This document shows, one piece after another, positions 38,567 to 49,535 of a stretch of DNA of 64,000 nucleotides (positions are counted from its first letter, which is position 1; the number at the start of each line of letters is the position of its first letter). This stretch comes from Setoptus koraiensis. Taxonomy: Eukaryota; Animalia; Arthropoda. Position numbers and translations under genes: made by a program. The stretch is from positions 16,554,001-16,618,000 of the forward strand of contig CM106586.1 in NCBI GenBank assembly GCA_048013815.1. Reading direction: 5' to 3'. The notes beneath the pieces were generated by a model. That model was not told where the DNA came from and did not search any database. It worked only from the letters and a program-made list of their open reading frames with translations.

Positions 38567-39887
38567 TTACCTTTGTCCGCCTAATGGGAACAAGTATCTT
38601 TGCTCATACATGTCATTTAGTAATGCGGTAAACGATGGAGAGTGATTATAGATAAGAAGCGCTTGATCCTGTTTACTGTCTGTCGTGTGGCTATTCTTGC
38701 GTGCCAAATTGACAAAATAATCAGCGAAGTACCTTGATGCGGCTATCGACTCCCAAGAATGAGGAATATTCTTTTGGCTGCTCTTCACCACAAACTCATA
38801 CGGCGCCTTCTCTGGATGAAACTGAACACCGTAAAATGGATAATTTATGGCCTCAAAGGCTGCCATAAACTCGGCACCATTTGTATCGACGCTGTAGGCT
38901 AAATCCCTGTAGAATTTGTCGAGATTCAACTCGACGAAAGTGTCCCTTGTGAGACATTTATGATGAAAGTTGTAAGTAACGTTCTTGTGTTCTAATGCGT
39001 CCACAATGGAATTTGTGAAATTGTCAAATTGGATACCGTCATAGTTGGACCTCTTGGCAAACAGTTTGCCTCTTGTTACAAATCTGAGATTTAATGCAAC
39101 ATCATTTGCCGAACACGACGACAGTTTGTTGGCACCTGACGTCAGCACACTGAGCAATTCAAATCCTGGCAAACATCAAAGGTGGATCAATGGAAAAACG
39201 GAATAATTGATTAGCCAAAATAATCGAGTTTTGCTTGTTATAGTGATGGGCACTGTGGCATAACCCTAGCCCTAACAATAACTAACCGAGGCAAGTTCCC
39301 CAAATCGGATAAACAATTCCATTGTCGTTTGCCTCTACTGCCAGCGCATAGAGTTTTTTTGCTGCGTCCATCATGGGTGTAGACTTTTTCGGATTGAGGA
39401 AGTTGTCGCCGCCCGGGAACAAGAGACCGTTTGTTTTCTTGAATATCTTTTTATAGTAATCGTCACTCTGATTGAGCAATATTGGAAGAACTTTTGCTCC
39501 AGATCCCTCCAACCATTTCACGTAGCTGGCTGCAATGTGAAGGTGGGGCTCATCGACGAATCCTGACGAGGCAAAATTGACAAGATATGCAAATGCACCA
39601 TGCTATTAGCAATACTACTAAATAAATGGATTATCGGACTGATTGGCGTAGCTCAACTTACTCTTGTAGTCACGTAAAACTTGAGTGAGGATACCGATTA
39701 CGGGTACAAATGTTTTGTCATCTTTTGCGAAAGCTTCTTCCCCTAGCTGACGGTTGTTATGTTCCATTGTTCTCGGATAGTCTGACGTGATTGGACTGAT
39801 AGATGAGACAAATTGCAGCACGAGAATCAATCCCGCTGTCAATGTGACTGAATATAGCTTAAAATTTTGCATATTGTTTGTTTTCAT
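38567..39887 (-). CDS. GGH: Gamma-glutamyl hydrolase (peptidase C26), 3 exons: 39887-39662, 39562-39287, 39165-38567
   Basis: Signal peptide, PVIGILTQ, IAASYVKWLEGSGAKVLPI, NGLLFPGG, the catalytic YPIWGTCLGFELL spanning a phase-1 intron, and YPFYGVQFHPEK. Both introns are GT-AG and phase-compatible. Confidence 0.95.
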
Positions 39888-40385
39888 ATGAAGAATAAAT
39901 TTAATAAAGTTATGCAAACGGTATTTGAAATTTGCTGCTCAGCTGGACATTCGACAGTCTAATCATATTTCATGGGCACGAGAGAGTGAGACTGCGCGAG
40001 ACCACAGCAGCTAGTCTTAATCAATAAAACAGGAAAGCCATAGTTAGCCTGATCAATATCTTTATCACTTCTGTCAGTATCTTTGTCACTTTAGTCCTAT
40101 CTATGGCTGTATCTCGCAATCCAAAGATAACATCGATGACGCGCCTAATCTGACCAACCATTAATCAGTGTCAGACGCATGCAGTCAGCGGATTGGAGCG
40201 ACTTGCTCAATTTGTTGCGAGATTCTGGCGTTTCCGTTTCGAACAACCAGTTGTCCAGGATGTATTGATTGATAATTTTAAAAGTCAAGGCAATCGTAAT
40301 GAGACACTATTATCAGGGTCGCCTATCAAATGGCGATACTCTCTGCTGGAAAATAATTCTCTCTATTCTTTATTAGTTATATTGT

Positions 40386-42377
40386 TTAGAGTTCATCGCG
40401 ATTATTTCTACTATCTGCGGGATCTAGCAACTTTTTTGTTGATCGACTATTTACATCAGTGCAATTTTCATCGCTTACGCTGTCAGATGACTCGGTATCA
40501 CTGGTATAAACTTGGTCTCCGACATAATATTGGGGCCATACCAGTGCCGGTTCGATACTTAGAGCCACGAGATTTCTATCGGGGTAATGTTTGGTGTAAT
40601 TGGAGTTGGGATGCTCATTGTACATTATTGGCAGGAATTCATCGGCTGGCAGCAAATTTCCGAGCGGATTGGCATCAATCAACTTCTGGGCACCCAGCCT
40701 TGTGATCATATAACCTACTAACCACCAAGAATATCCCGGTTTAGCCAGGTGTTCGCTAACAAGGGTATCATTGCCAGAGTAAAGCTTCTTTCGGCCCAAA
40801 AACACAAAGTCGTATTGTTTTTGATATGATAGCTCATTGTTTAAAATATTTTTCCATCTATTGACTAGATTAGCTCCAAATCTAACATCATCCTCAAAAA
40901 CAATAGCATCATGGTAATTGTTCTCAATCATATCTTGCCATATTTTATAATGAGAAAGGAAGCAGCCTATCTCACCATATGTCATTGTTCTACTCTTGAT
41001 TGGATCGCGATAATTTTGCATCAAAGTCAGATTGAATCTTTTGAACATCTCATGCTTCTCTTGGTTTCCATCAATGGAACCATTAAAGAATTCCACCTCT
41101 ATTCCGAGAATCCTCGCCGACTCCTCAATGAGCTCTCGTCTTTGGCTCCTCGATGGCAAATTTATGACATACACATGGTCGACTCCCAAGTCTTGCTTTT
41201 CTTCTTCCTCCAGATACAGCAACGAGGGAGCTGTTGGCAATTGATCTATTGGACCACTGTCGGAATTAGTGTCCCCATTGTCAGCCTGCTCATAAAGAGC
41301 TAATAATCGCAGGTCGTTCAAATTGTAGTCTTGAATGCGATCATCCGCAAACAAGTCGTCGTCTATGAGCGGTGGCAAATATCCCCAATGCTCCGTATTG
41401 TCTACATACATGCTGATGTTGTTGGATATGGCAGACGAATGCAATGATAGCATATCGTCAAAGTTTCTATTGTCGTCTTTTGGCAAGTAAGTGAGATACT
41501 CATAGGTGTCTTTGCGGCGTAGATTTATGAAAACACAAGAATGAATCATTGGCACTACAAAACTACCTATTGTCTCTCTGTACAAATACCTGAGGTAATT
41601 GTCGGTGCGCTTATAGTATCCATCGTCGGACATGCCAGCCCAGAAGTTCGAGAAAGTATCGACGGACGAGAGTGCCGGAGCAACCAACGAATGAGTGTCT
41701 TTGAGAAAATATTCTAAGGTTCTTGGATTAGTCAATACGATATCTGCGTCGATGTTGAGAATGAAATCAGCCCAACTCTCTTTTGCCGTGTCCAGAGCGT
41801 TTTGTTTCCTGAGGGCCAAACGTTTGAATCGCGAGTCTGACCAATAGAATTCGTTAAAATGCTGTTCATGCGACTCATCTTGCGAAGCCAGGTCTATCTT
41901 GAGATCAATGTCGGAGTAGTATATTTCGTTGGCTGTCACCCAAGCTCTGAGGGCTTTCAGAGTTTTGGCATTGAGCCTCTGTTCTTGGCACACTCTATCG
42001 AATATTATCTCGATTTTATGCTTTTCCCGACAATGCTTGCTCGTCGGCAGTTGCTCTGTATGTATGAGTATACGTATTCGATTCTTTGGGTAAAGCTGTT
42101 TCTCCAATCCTCCAAAAACAAATGGTAAATATTTCAACTTATTGAACGGATGTATGGCCATAAATATCAATAAAGTTTTTGGCAGAGTAATGTTTTGGCT
42201 GTTGTCTGGTGTTGATTGTTTGCGAATGTTACTCTTCCCTCCGGGAGCGTGTAGCTTCTTTTGGAAATCCTCGGGTGGGCGCAGTTGCTGACTTGATATA
42301 AGACCAATCATTTGTGACAATATGAGGAGCAGGGCGAAGCTTGCAAGAGCCATGTCGCAAAAGCCACAGAACCTCAT
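40386..42377 (-). CDS. COLGALT: Procollagen galactosyltransferase (COLGALT/GLT25D, GT25 family), intronless, 663 aa
   Basis: Signal peptide; YLPFVFGGLEKQLYPKNRI; WADFILNIDADIVLTNP; FSNFWAGM; VPMIHSCVFINL; VYVINLPSRSQRR; GEIGCFLSHYKIW; IVFEDDVRF; LLPADEFLPIM; C-terminal RDEL ER-retention signal. Confidence 0.93.
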   Translation of the reverse strand: MRFCGFCDMALASFALLLILSQMIGLISSQQLRPPEDFQKKLHAPGGKSNIRKQSTPDNSQNITLPKTLLIFMAIHPFNKLKYLPFVFGGLEKQLYPKNRIRILIHTEQLPTSKHCREKHKIEIIFDRVCQEQRLNAKTLKALRAWVTANEIYYSDIDLKIDLASQDESHEQHFNEFYWSDSRFKRLALRKQNALDTAKESWADFILNIDADIVLTNPRTLEYFLKDTHSLVAPALSSVDTFSNFWAGMSDDGYYKRTDNYLRYLYRETIGSFVVPMIHSCVFINLRRKDTYEYLTYLPKDDNRNFDDMLSLHSSAISNNISMYVDNTEHWGYLPPLIDDDLFADDRIQDYNLNDLRLLALYEQADNGDTNSDSGPIDQLPTAPSLLYLEEEEKQDLGVDHVYVINLPSRSQRRELIEESARILGIEVEFFNGSIDGNQEKHEMFKRFNLTLMQNYRDPIKSRTMTYGEIGCFLSHYKIWQDMIENNYHDAIVFEDDVRFGANLVNRWKNILNNELSYQKQYDFVFLGRKKLYSGNDTLVSEHLAKPGYSWWLVGYMITRLGAQKLIDANPLGNLLPADEFLPIMYNEHPNSNYTKHYPDRNLVALSIEPALVWPQYYVGDQVYTSDTESSDSVSDENCTDVNSRSTKKLLDPADSRNNRDEL

Positions 42378-43379
42378 CTTCTGTTTGTCTATGAACCAGG
42401 CTTTGAGATGTGAAGATTCTTGCTGATGGAATAAAATATAAATTGTATCCTTCGGGACATCAAGTCAACGCGATAGAGCCTTGGAAATGTCGGCAGAAAT
42501 GTTAGAATGATGCCGATAAGCAACGACGACACGCCGGACCATCATCGTGATCTCGTAGAATATACCGACGGGGTGACAGCTTACTCATTTTATTATTATC
42601 CATCCAGTCTCATATGCGAGAGAAAACTGGGGCATGCGTGGTAGGGATCACCCCATTCGAGGGGCCGCTCTCGTAAAGAGATAAGAAAGCAACGAAAACA
42701 ATCACCATTCGATACATGGGAAACTTTCGGCCATTTCAATGGGATTTGGCGTGAAGATACGTCAGAGTTTATGAATATATTGAAGAAGTTTCGCAAAGTG
42801 AAAACACGAAGAGATTCATAGATGACGATTTTTTTTTTGTATTGGCCTCACTGAGGAGCCTCAATTCGCGTCCAACATTGTGAAAATTTTCCACAGATTG
42901 CAGTGAGCTTTTGGCCAGAGAAACCAATGAGATGCGCGCCAGCTCCGTGTTGTGGCCTGAGGCTGGCATAGCTCTCACTGGAGTTGGAATTCCCAAAACC
43001 GATGGTAGATGGCAGCCATTGTTACGTCATTATCAGAGGTGCCTCTACTATAAAACTCAGGTGACCGCCGCATCACCTGGCGTTTTAAACTGCGCGCTTA
43101 TATCAACAACCATTGAAAATGTAGTGATTGTTTTGAATGTCAAATGTGACATATTTTTTTACGATTATGCACTAACGAACCATATTGTTGTTGGAAAGTG
43201 GCAATAGAAAAAAGAGGAGAGAATCCCATCATTTATTGTTCTCGTTGGCAATAATGCAATTGTCAGTTTTTAAACTCACCAAGAATCTCAAATAAGCAAT
43301 CACTGCAAGCCTCTTCGAATCTCGGTGACATTTGCCCTCAGGAAATTTAACAAAACACACAGAATAGACAACAAGGAAA

Positions 43380-44357
43380 ATGGGTTTGTTTGCAAAGTCC
43401 CTACTAATGTTGGCATTGGCCGCAGCTCTGCCATTTATCTACAGAAACTATGCTCCTGAGAGCACCAAGTCCACATTAAGTGCCTACCTGTCGAATTATA
43501 AATCACTGGACAATCTTTTAAAGAGAGGCTCGAAATATGTCGAGAATTTCGACTTGAGCGAAACTATAGAGCAAGCAAAACAGATGTGGACGAATGACGC
43601 CTCAAAGAATGTCAACTACGTAAATTGTCCTACAGAGAAAGTGGATACCTCATTGAAATTATTTACCAAACAACAACTCGCCAAATATGATGGGTCGGAA
43701 AAAAGTGAAGGTTTACTAGTGGCATTCTTAGGTTCAGTATACAACGTGGAGAAACAAAAACAACACTACGGACCTCAGGGTGACTACGCTTTCTTTTCGG
43801 GCAAGGACGCCACGCGAGCCTTTCTAACTGGCAACTTCGGCGCCGATGAACTCACCGACAATTTGGATGGAGTGCCCAAAACAAGCTACGACGAAATACA
43901 AAACTGGCTCTCGTTTTATGAGGGCGAGTACGAGAAAGTGGGCCGACTAGTGGGATCGTTCTACGATGAAACAGGATGCCCCACTAACGACCTAAAGGAG
44001 GTCTACAAGGTTCTCGAGGTGCGTGCCAAAGAGAAGAACGAACGCAAATTAGAGGACAGTATTTTCCCCGAGTGCAATTCCGAATGGAACGCCGATCAGA
44101 AGAAATCCCGTGTTTGGTGCAGCAAAATGTCTGGTGGCATTGAAAGGGATTGGGTCGGAGTTCCTCGGCAACTATTCATTCCCGAAACTAAATCTTACAG
44201 ATGTGCCTGTGTTAGAAGCGTTGGTCCTGCCTCAAATATCGATGGACGTACAGATTCAATCGAACAGTATAACGGTGATCTCAATCATCCTCGAGTTAAG
44301 AATTACGACAATTGTGATGCCACCTCAACTGATTGCTACCTAAGCCAAGAGGCCTAA
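43380..44357 (+). CDS. CYB5D2: Neuferricin (cytochrome b5-like heme/steroid-binding MAPR family), intronless
   Basis: N-terminal anchor; LFTKQQLAKYDGSEKSEGLLVAFLGSVYNV..HYGPQGDYAFFSGKDATRAFLTGNF; C-terminal ECNSEW..RVWCS..GGIERDWVGVPRQLF..RCACV typical of neuferricin. Confidence 0.92.
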   Translation: MGLFAKSLLMLALAAALPFIYRNYAPESTKSTLSAYLSNYKSLDNLLKRGSKYVENFDLSETIEQAKQMWTNDASKNVNYVNCPTEKVDTSLKLFTKQQLAKYDGSEKSEGLLVAFLGSVYNVEKQKQHYGPQGDYAFFSGKDATRAFLTGNFGADELTDNLDGVPKTSYDEIQNWLSFYEGEYEKVGRLVGSFYDETGCPTNDLKEVYKVLEVRAKEKNERKLEDSIFPECNSEWNADQKKSRVWCSKMSGGIERDWVGVPRQLFIPETKSYRCACVRSVGPASNIDGRTDSIEQYNGDLNHPRVKNYDNCDATSTDCYLSQEA

Positions 44358-44591
44358 TCTGAGACCTAACGAAGACTAACTATACCAAGTATAATTATTT
44401 TCACACACAAAGGCATACAAAACAAAGAAACTTTGGGCAACACGTGAGAATCTCTTTTTCAGAATAAAATAATTTGAATTCTGGTATGTTTGATGACATA
44501 TACGTGCTGGTGAATATTTCCGAGAATCAAATGCACCAATGAAACGGGAACAAGTGATATAGAACAAGATATCTGGCAATCGGAAGTGATG

Positions 44592-44896
44592 AATGCAGAA
44601 TGTCCCACTACAGTAGGCTACCTTTAGTGTTAATTTTCTGAGTTTTCTAGGTAAACTTAAATTCTTTGCCTTTGAGAGCATCTATTGTTTTTTTTTAGTT
44701 TTCCATTCCGACAGGTTATTGCCTCAGATGGTAAAGTTCCTCTTGTTCTATGCCGAGAAGCTTATTGGCTTCATCGGCCCAAATTATCACAATTCCGGTT
44801 GCCGTGCTGTCTCTTATTTTCAGATCAGTTCTGTGCTTGGGCATTGAGATTTTTAACGATAGGTGCGTTAATGGTAACACGACCTCTAACATTGAA
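44592..44896 (-). pseudogene. Decayed mini-RPA1 (type II) copy with a large internal deletion and several stops
   Basis: The minus strand reads FNVRGRV.. joined almost directly to RTDLKIRDSTATGIVIIWADEANKLLGIEQEELYHLRQ*PVGMEN*KKTIDALKGKEFKFT*KTQ, homologous to the intact copies. Confidence 0.85.
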
Positions 44897-45891
44897 GCAC
44901 TATTGAAACTTTTGTTAGACTGAGATCTTCAACAAGTGTATCTATATAGTGAATGCTTTCGATGACTTTCCGGCTTCGAAAGAAGTGGCGAATCAAGCTG
45001 GCTCAATTTCCTGTTTGTGCGAGCTTGATTTTGCAGTTGAGCTGCTGAAATTAGATGAACAATTCAAAGCCAAATCTAGCCAGGGAAAATATCTGAAGAG
45101 CAAGCAAAAGAAGACCGGCTCGCTTCTAGGGACTATTTGCAGGTCAAGTTGCTCTGATTCGCAAGAAATCTCTGGCACAAAAACTACTATCAGCAGAAGA
45201 TAGTCATGATGAGTTAGTAGCGAGTCTTGGCATGGTGATTGCAAGGTCGGGAGCGAATGAGGCGGAACTCGGTGGAAGCCACTCTAAGAATCCCCAAAAA
45301 AGCACGAAAAAGCGGCTGAGCCTAGCCATAAAATACATCCCAAATGTGTTCATGAAAGCAGGAAATCTCATACTGACCGAGTCGGGGTTGGTTAGCCTGG
45401 AAAAGATACTTGGCACGAAATGATCATGAGAATTCAGATGGGAGTGAGTTCAACTCAATTCCTCTCATTTTCTCTATCTTTCTCTCTGTCTCTCCTCACC
45501 ATAACCTCTAAGCGACCTAGTCTCGTCGCTAGGCCACTCACTTAACAGTTCTTAGTATGCAAATATGGAGCGTAGATGGTGTTGTAAGCGACAGAGTAGG
45601 TGGGAGTGTATTTTATCTGCAATCACAGTCGAGGTCTCAGCCGACTACTAGAGTATCAGCATCTGATTACGGGTTGCAATGTCAGCTAACTTGTGTGACA
45701 AATTCGATAAGAAGATGTTGTGATATGATTGCTGCTTATCTCGATTTCTCTAGAGAAAATGATTCATTACAAATTGTATTGAGCAACATTGGAGGCACCA
45801 TTTTCATCTTATGAGGCCAGTTATCTATTTCATGTAATCACAGAAGCAGGCAAGACCACTAACCATCCACTTAGACTATTAGACAAGAAAG

Positions 45892-46758
45892 ATGTCGGCA
45901 GCACATCCGCCTCGATCTCTCATCGATCGAAATGTTAGGAATATAGCCTCACTAAACTCCAATATTGGAACAAAATGGCTCATAAAAGGTACTGTTACGA
46001 TGAAGTCTGAAAAAAGCCGTTGGAACGATATATGCGATCGATTTACATTCAAAATCAAAGATAAATCGGGAGAAATTGAGTTCACAGCTTTCAACAAACA
46101 ATGTGACAAATGGTTCGACTTCATCGAACAAAATGAGGTCTACTATATCGCTCGTGGCAGAGTAACAGGAAAAAACCGCTGTGATCTGCTGCCTAGCAGT
46201 CTCGTCGAGCGAATCAGTCCTCGAGCAATCAGTGAGGCCGACCCAGGATATAATGATGCATCTATACATGAACTGAGACATTTGGAAGATTGCTTAAATG
46301 TTGATCTGGTGGGAAGCCAGCGTGAGCAAGTTTTATACAGCGTGGTTGATGCTGAAATACTAGAAGTTAATCAGAACGAACCCACCTATAGATCTTGTCC
46401 AATGAAAGGATGTTTAGAAAAGGTAGAGCCATATGAAAAATCAGGCTGGGAGTGTAATAAATGCGGAATCATCTACCGACATCATAAATATACGTACAAA
46501 GTCACATTAAAGCTAAAAGACGAGACGGCCGAACTTTTGGCCTATATTTCGGGCGACGAAGCTCAGAGGCTACTGGGTGAGAATCCATTTGATCTGTTCG
46601 TGATAGGACAAAACATTGGTGAAATGGATGAGTACGAGCGGATAATGTCTGCTCCTACCGGGAAAAAGTTCAAATTTACCTTGAAAACTCAATTTAGTAT
46701 ATTAGAAAATGTTGATCTTGAGCACCATGTCAAGAACCTCGAGTTGATCAAATCTTAA
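45892..46758 (+). CDS. Mini-RPA1 type I: RPA70 DBD-A-like OB fold fused to a DBD-C-like zinc-ribbon OB fold, 288 aa, intronless
   Basis: KWLIKGTVTMKS..RFTFKIKDKSGEIEFTAFNKQCDKWFDFIEQNEVYYIARG matches RPA70 DBD-A ([51 protein letters not shown]). YRSCPMKGC-x13-CNKC has the C-x4-C-x13-C-x2-C spacing of the RPA70 zinc ribbon, followed by YKVTLKLKDETAELLAYISGDEAQRLLG..YERIMSAPTGKKFKFTLK. Confidence 0.85.
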   Translation: MSAAHPPRSLIDRNVRNIASLNSNIGTKWLIKGTVTMKSEKSRWNDICDRFTFKIKDKSGEIEFTAFNKQCDKWFDFIEQNEVYYIARGRVTGKNRCDLLPSSLVERISPRAISEADPGYNDASIHELRHLEDCLNVDLVGSQREQVLYSVVDAEILEVNQNEPTYRSCPMKGCLEKVEPYEKSGWECNKCGIIYRHHKYTYKVTLKLKDETAELLAYISGDEAQRLLGENPFDLFVIGQNIGEMDEYERIMSAPTGKKFKFTLKTQFSILENVDLEHHVKNLELIKS

Positions 46759-47330
46759 AAATTAATCTTACATTCCAGACTCATGCAATATGCCATTAAA
46801 GAAGCCATCATATTGCGATATATGTTGGCCTGTATGCTGACCATGAATAAAGATATTAAATATGAAAGAGATCGCCCCAGAATTGGGCTGTTTTCAGGAT
46901 CTTGTATTTCTTTTTCCCTCGCTAAAACAGCTCTATCTATCGAAATCACTTCAATGCGTTGCTCTGACATGGGAATTTGTAGCGGATGTGGCTAGTTCAA
47001 AGGAAAAGGATAACCACGAACGGTTATCCAATTCGCTTGAGGTATGAAATGGAAATCCATACTCGACCGGTTATTTGATCAATAAATACCTGTTTCTGTC
47101 ATATTTGTTGACAAATATCTCATCCATCCGGTATTCTCGAGCTGCATTGTTGATCGCGACAGCACACCCTCTTTTTTGGGTGAGAATCGGTACATCAAAC
47201 ATAGACACTCGTCATGGCAACAAGATTCGCACTACATGAACATGTTTTGAATGAACAGATACGAGATTCTTTGTTGTCTATATCAACTGCGAATGCATCA
47301 ATTGATATCAAACATTACAAATAGGTATAT
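46446..47330 (+). repeat. Segmental duplication block (type I 3' end plus flank); partner at ~57481-58230
   Basis: Shared long stretches such as aaaattaatcttacattccagactcatgcaatatgccatta and aacagatacgagattctttgttgtctatatcaactgcgaatg. Confidence 0.85.
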
Positions 47331-47699
47331 TAGAGGCCTATAAATAGCTGCTGACAGCCGCTTCTGTAAGCTTATCATCTGCAGATATCAAGATCAAACA
47401 ACTATTGATCGACAATACAATGTATCATATGAGTCACAAAAGTCCAGCAGGACACTTTCGGTATCAATTTGATAGTTTGGTAACCCTTTTTTTCGTTCTT
47501 GTTGCGTATGTGGTGGTTTGCGATACTGGAATATAAACGCCAAGTTCTTGCATGACTCATTCCCTCGTGAGTGAGTCATACAATGACTATTTATAAGATT
47601 AACCATCGATGGAACCCAATACTAACTTCATCCAATAATTCAAAACATTTTGGCGTGGCGTATAGCTATATTTTTCAAACTTTTTTTCGACGGCAAGAG

Positions 47700-47707
47700 T
47701 ATAAATA
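47700..47707 (+). promoter_or_regulatory. TATA box (TATAAATA) ~115 nt upstream of the mini-RPA copy at 47814
   Basis: Same motif and spacing as in the copies at 58589, 56504 and 63081. Confidence 0.6.
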
Positions 47708-47813
47708 GCGGCTAGAAACAGAATTGTGGTATACTCGCTACTAATGAATCATCATTACCGATACTTAAAAAACTTCACTGATCAGCTATTCAAAGAAAAT
47801 AAATCTTTTCGGA

Positions 47814-48632
47814 ATGCCCTCTGCAAACGTATGTAGAGCTTGTCATGACCAAGCTTTTGTGGACATCGGATCGGTCAGTGCTGGAGACATACTCAATATA
47901 AGAGGTCGTGTCATCAGTAAGTCATCATTCCTTCATCGTGGTCTTAATGGATTGTACTCTTATTTCAAAATTCTCGACCAATCTGGTTTAATCAAAGTTA
48001 TCGACTCCAGTGATAGAACTGAATTCAGCGATCTCATTGAATATGATGGAGCTTATCATATAAAATGTGGACATATTAAGAAATTCAAGAATGGGTTAGC
48101 GTGTTATATTGAAGAAGGCACCACTATAGAGACGTGTGGAAATAGCGAAGCACAACTGGAGGCACCAAGAACATTGAGGCAATGTTTCGATCACACATTT
48201 GTTAAAGCTATTCCCGTACTTACTATGTATAGCCTAATCGATATTGTAATCGAGAAGGTTATTGATTGTAAGAGAGATATAGCTTGTGAATTCACGTGCC
48301 GCGAAGGTATAGAGCAAAGAGGTGCTAGATGGTGGTGCGTCAGATGCGAGAATTTTCGAAACCCAATCTTTCATTACCGAACTTTTTTGAAAATAAGAGA
48401 CAGCACGGCAACCGGAATTGTGACGATTTGGGCCGAGGAAGCCAGAAAGCTTTTTGGGGTTGAACAAGCGGAATTGTACCGTTTGAAGCAAGAACCTGCC
48501 GAAATGGCAGAATACGAAAGGATAATTGGTGCCGTCAAAGGCAAAAAGTTCACCTTCACCTTGAAAAGTCAGTTTCTGACTTTCACTTTGGACGCAGTGA
48601 AACATACGGTAGTTGGCCAATCTGCCATGTAA
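47814..48632 (+). CDS. Mini-RPA1 type II, 272 aa
   Basis: N-terminal CRAC motif; LNIRGRVISKS..FKILDQSGLIKV..YHIKCGHIKK..IEEGTTIETC (DBD-A-like); ACEFTC..WWCVRC zinc ribbon; LKIRDSTATGIVTIWAEEARKLFG..FTFTLKSQF (DBD-C-like). Confidence 0.82.
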   Translation: MPSANVCRACHDQAFVDIGSVSAGDILNIRGRVISKSSFLHRGLNGLYSYFKILDQSGLIKVIDSSDRTEFSDLIEYDGAYHIKCGHIKKFKNGLACYIEEGTTIETCGNSEAQLEAPRTLRQCFDHTFVKAIPVLTMYSLIDIVIEKVIDCKRDIACEFTCREGIEQRGARWWCVRCENFRNPIFHYRTFLKIRDSTATGIVTIWAEEARKLFGVEQAELYRLKQEPAEMAEYERIIGAVKGKKFTFTLKSQFLTFTLDAVKHTVVGQSAM

Positions 48633-48749
48633 AATAGGAGGCACCACTCACGACAGACGGATAGCTTCTCTAGAAACTGATATTCCATTGTTGGCGATGG
48701 AGCATGAGTCATAGTCAAGATTCAAGGGATCTATCATGAGCAACTCATA

Positions 48750-48890
48750 AGAGTGAAGGTTTTGTTTGATTTAAAAACTTTATTTTTAAATCAAACAAAA
48801 TCTTAACTCTGCTACTTATTCAGGTGAGGATTTTGCTTGATTTAAAAACTTTATTTTTAAATCAAGGAACATCTTCACTCTGCTACTTAT
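48750..48890. repeat. Two tandem ~71-bp units, each an AT-rich palindrome with ~27-bp arms
   Basis: agagtgaaggttttgtttgatttaaaa-actttat-ttttaaatcaaacaaaatcttaactct (2 mismatches between arms), then gctacttattc and a second, more diverged unit. Confidence 0.9.
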
Positions 48891-48969
48891 GTTCTGCTTG
48901 ATGCAAAGTATGATCGATTCTACTTATATTTAGCATCATTGATAATAAAAAAAAAATGTTAAAGTATAT

Positions 48970-49535
48970 ACTCGTCGATATACTTTATCAACATACATAT
49001 CAGGGTTCCATATAGATGAAAATTATTTTATTCTGAAAAATAGATCCTTAAATATTGCCTTGAGTTTCTTTGTTTCGCAAGCCTGTGTGTGTGGAAACAA
49101 TTATACACGGTATAAATAGTCTTTGATCTCAGATCAAGCGTTTAGGCCCAGGTAAGGATCAGTTGAGGTGGAATCACAATTGTCGCACTTGTTGACTCCA
49201 GGATGATTGAGATAATAGTTATGCGGTTTTATTGCACTGGATTTCAAAAACTTTTCACTTTGTAGTGTTCATTTATGCGTCAGATAACTAGAATACATAT
49301 GATTAGACTAATCAGTAATGAGTATAATACACAAGAGTTTTCAATAGTTTGCATTTTGCATGCATAAGAGAATCAATGTGTGATTTAAATTATCAGCATG
49401 AATCTACTGCTTCTTTATGCGACATGATGCGCATTCTAGTTCAATCCCTAGCTAAGTTGATTATTCGGACCCTCGCTGATATATACTCTTGCAATTGTTC
49501 GCGACCAATTTATTGCAATCTCTGTGTTGGTCTAT
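48970..49535 (+). repeat. Duplicated non-coding block; partners at ~59630-60165 and, in part, ~51950-52125
   Basis: Shared gatccttaaatattgcc..gtataaatagtct..gatctcagatca..aatcaatgtgtgatttaaattatcagcatgaatc... Confidence 0.88.

Noticed and set aside
42596-43207. Short ORFs between the divergent COLGALT and neuferricin starts
   Set aside because: Fragmentary, in different frames, with no recognisable motif; cannot be called as a gene or TE.
44949-45814. Three consecutive short plus-strand ORFs before the type I gene
   Set aside because: They lie in three different frames with no recognisable homology; insufficient support for a decayed gene or viral insert.
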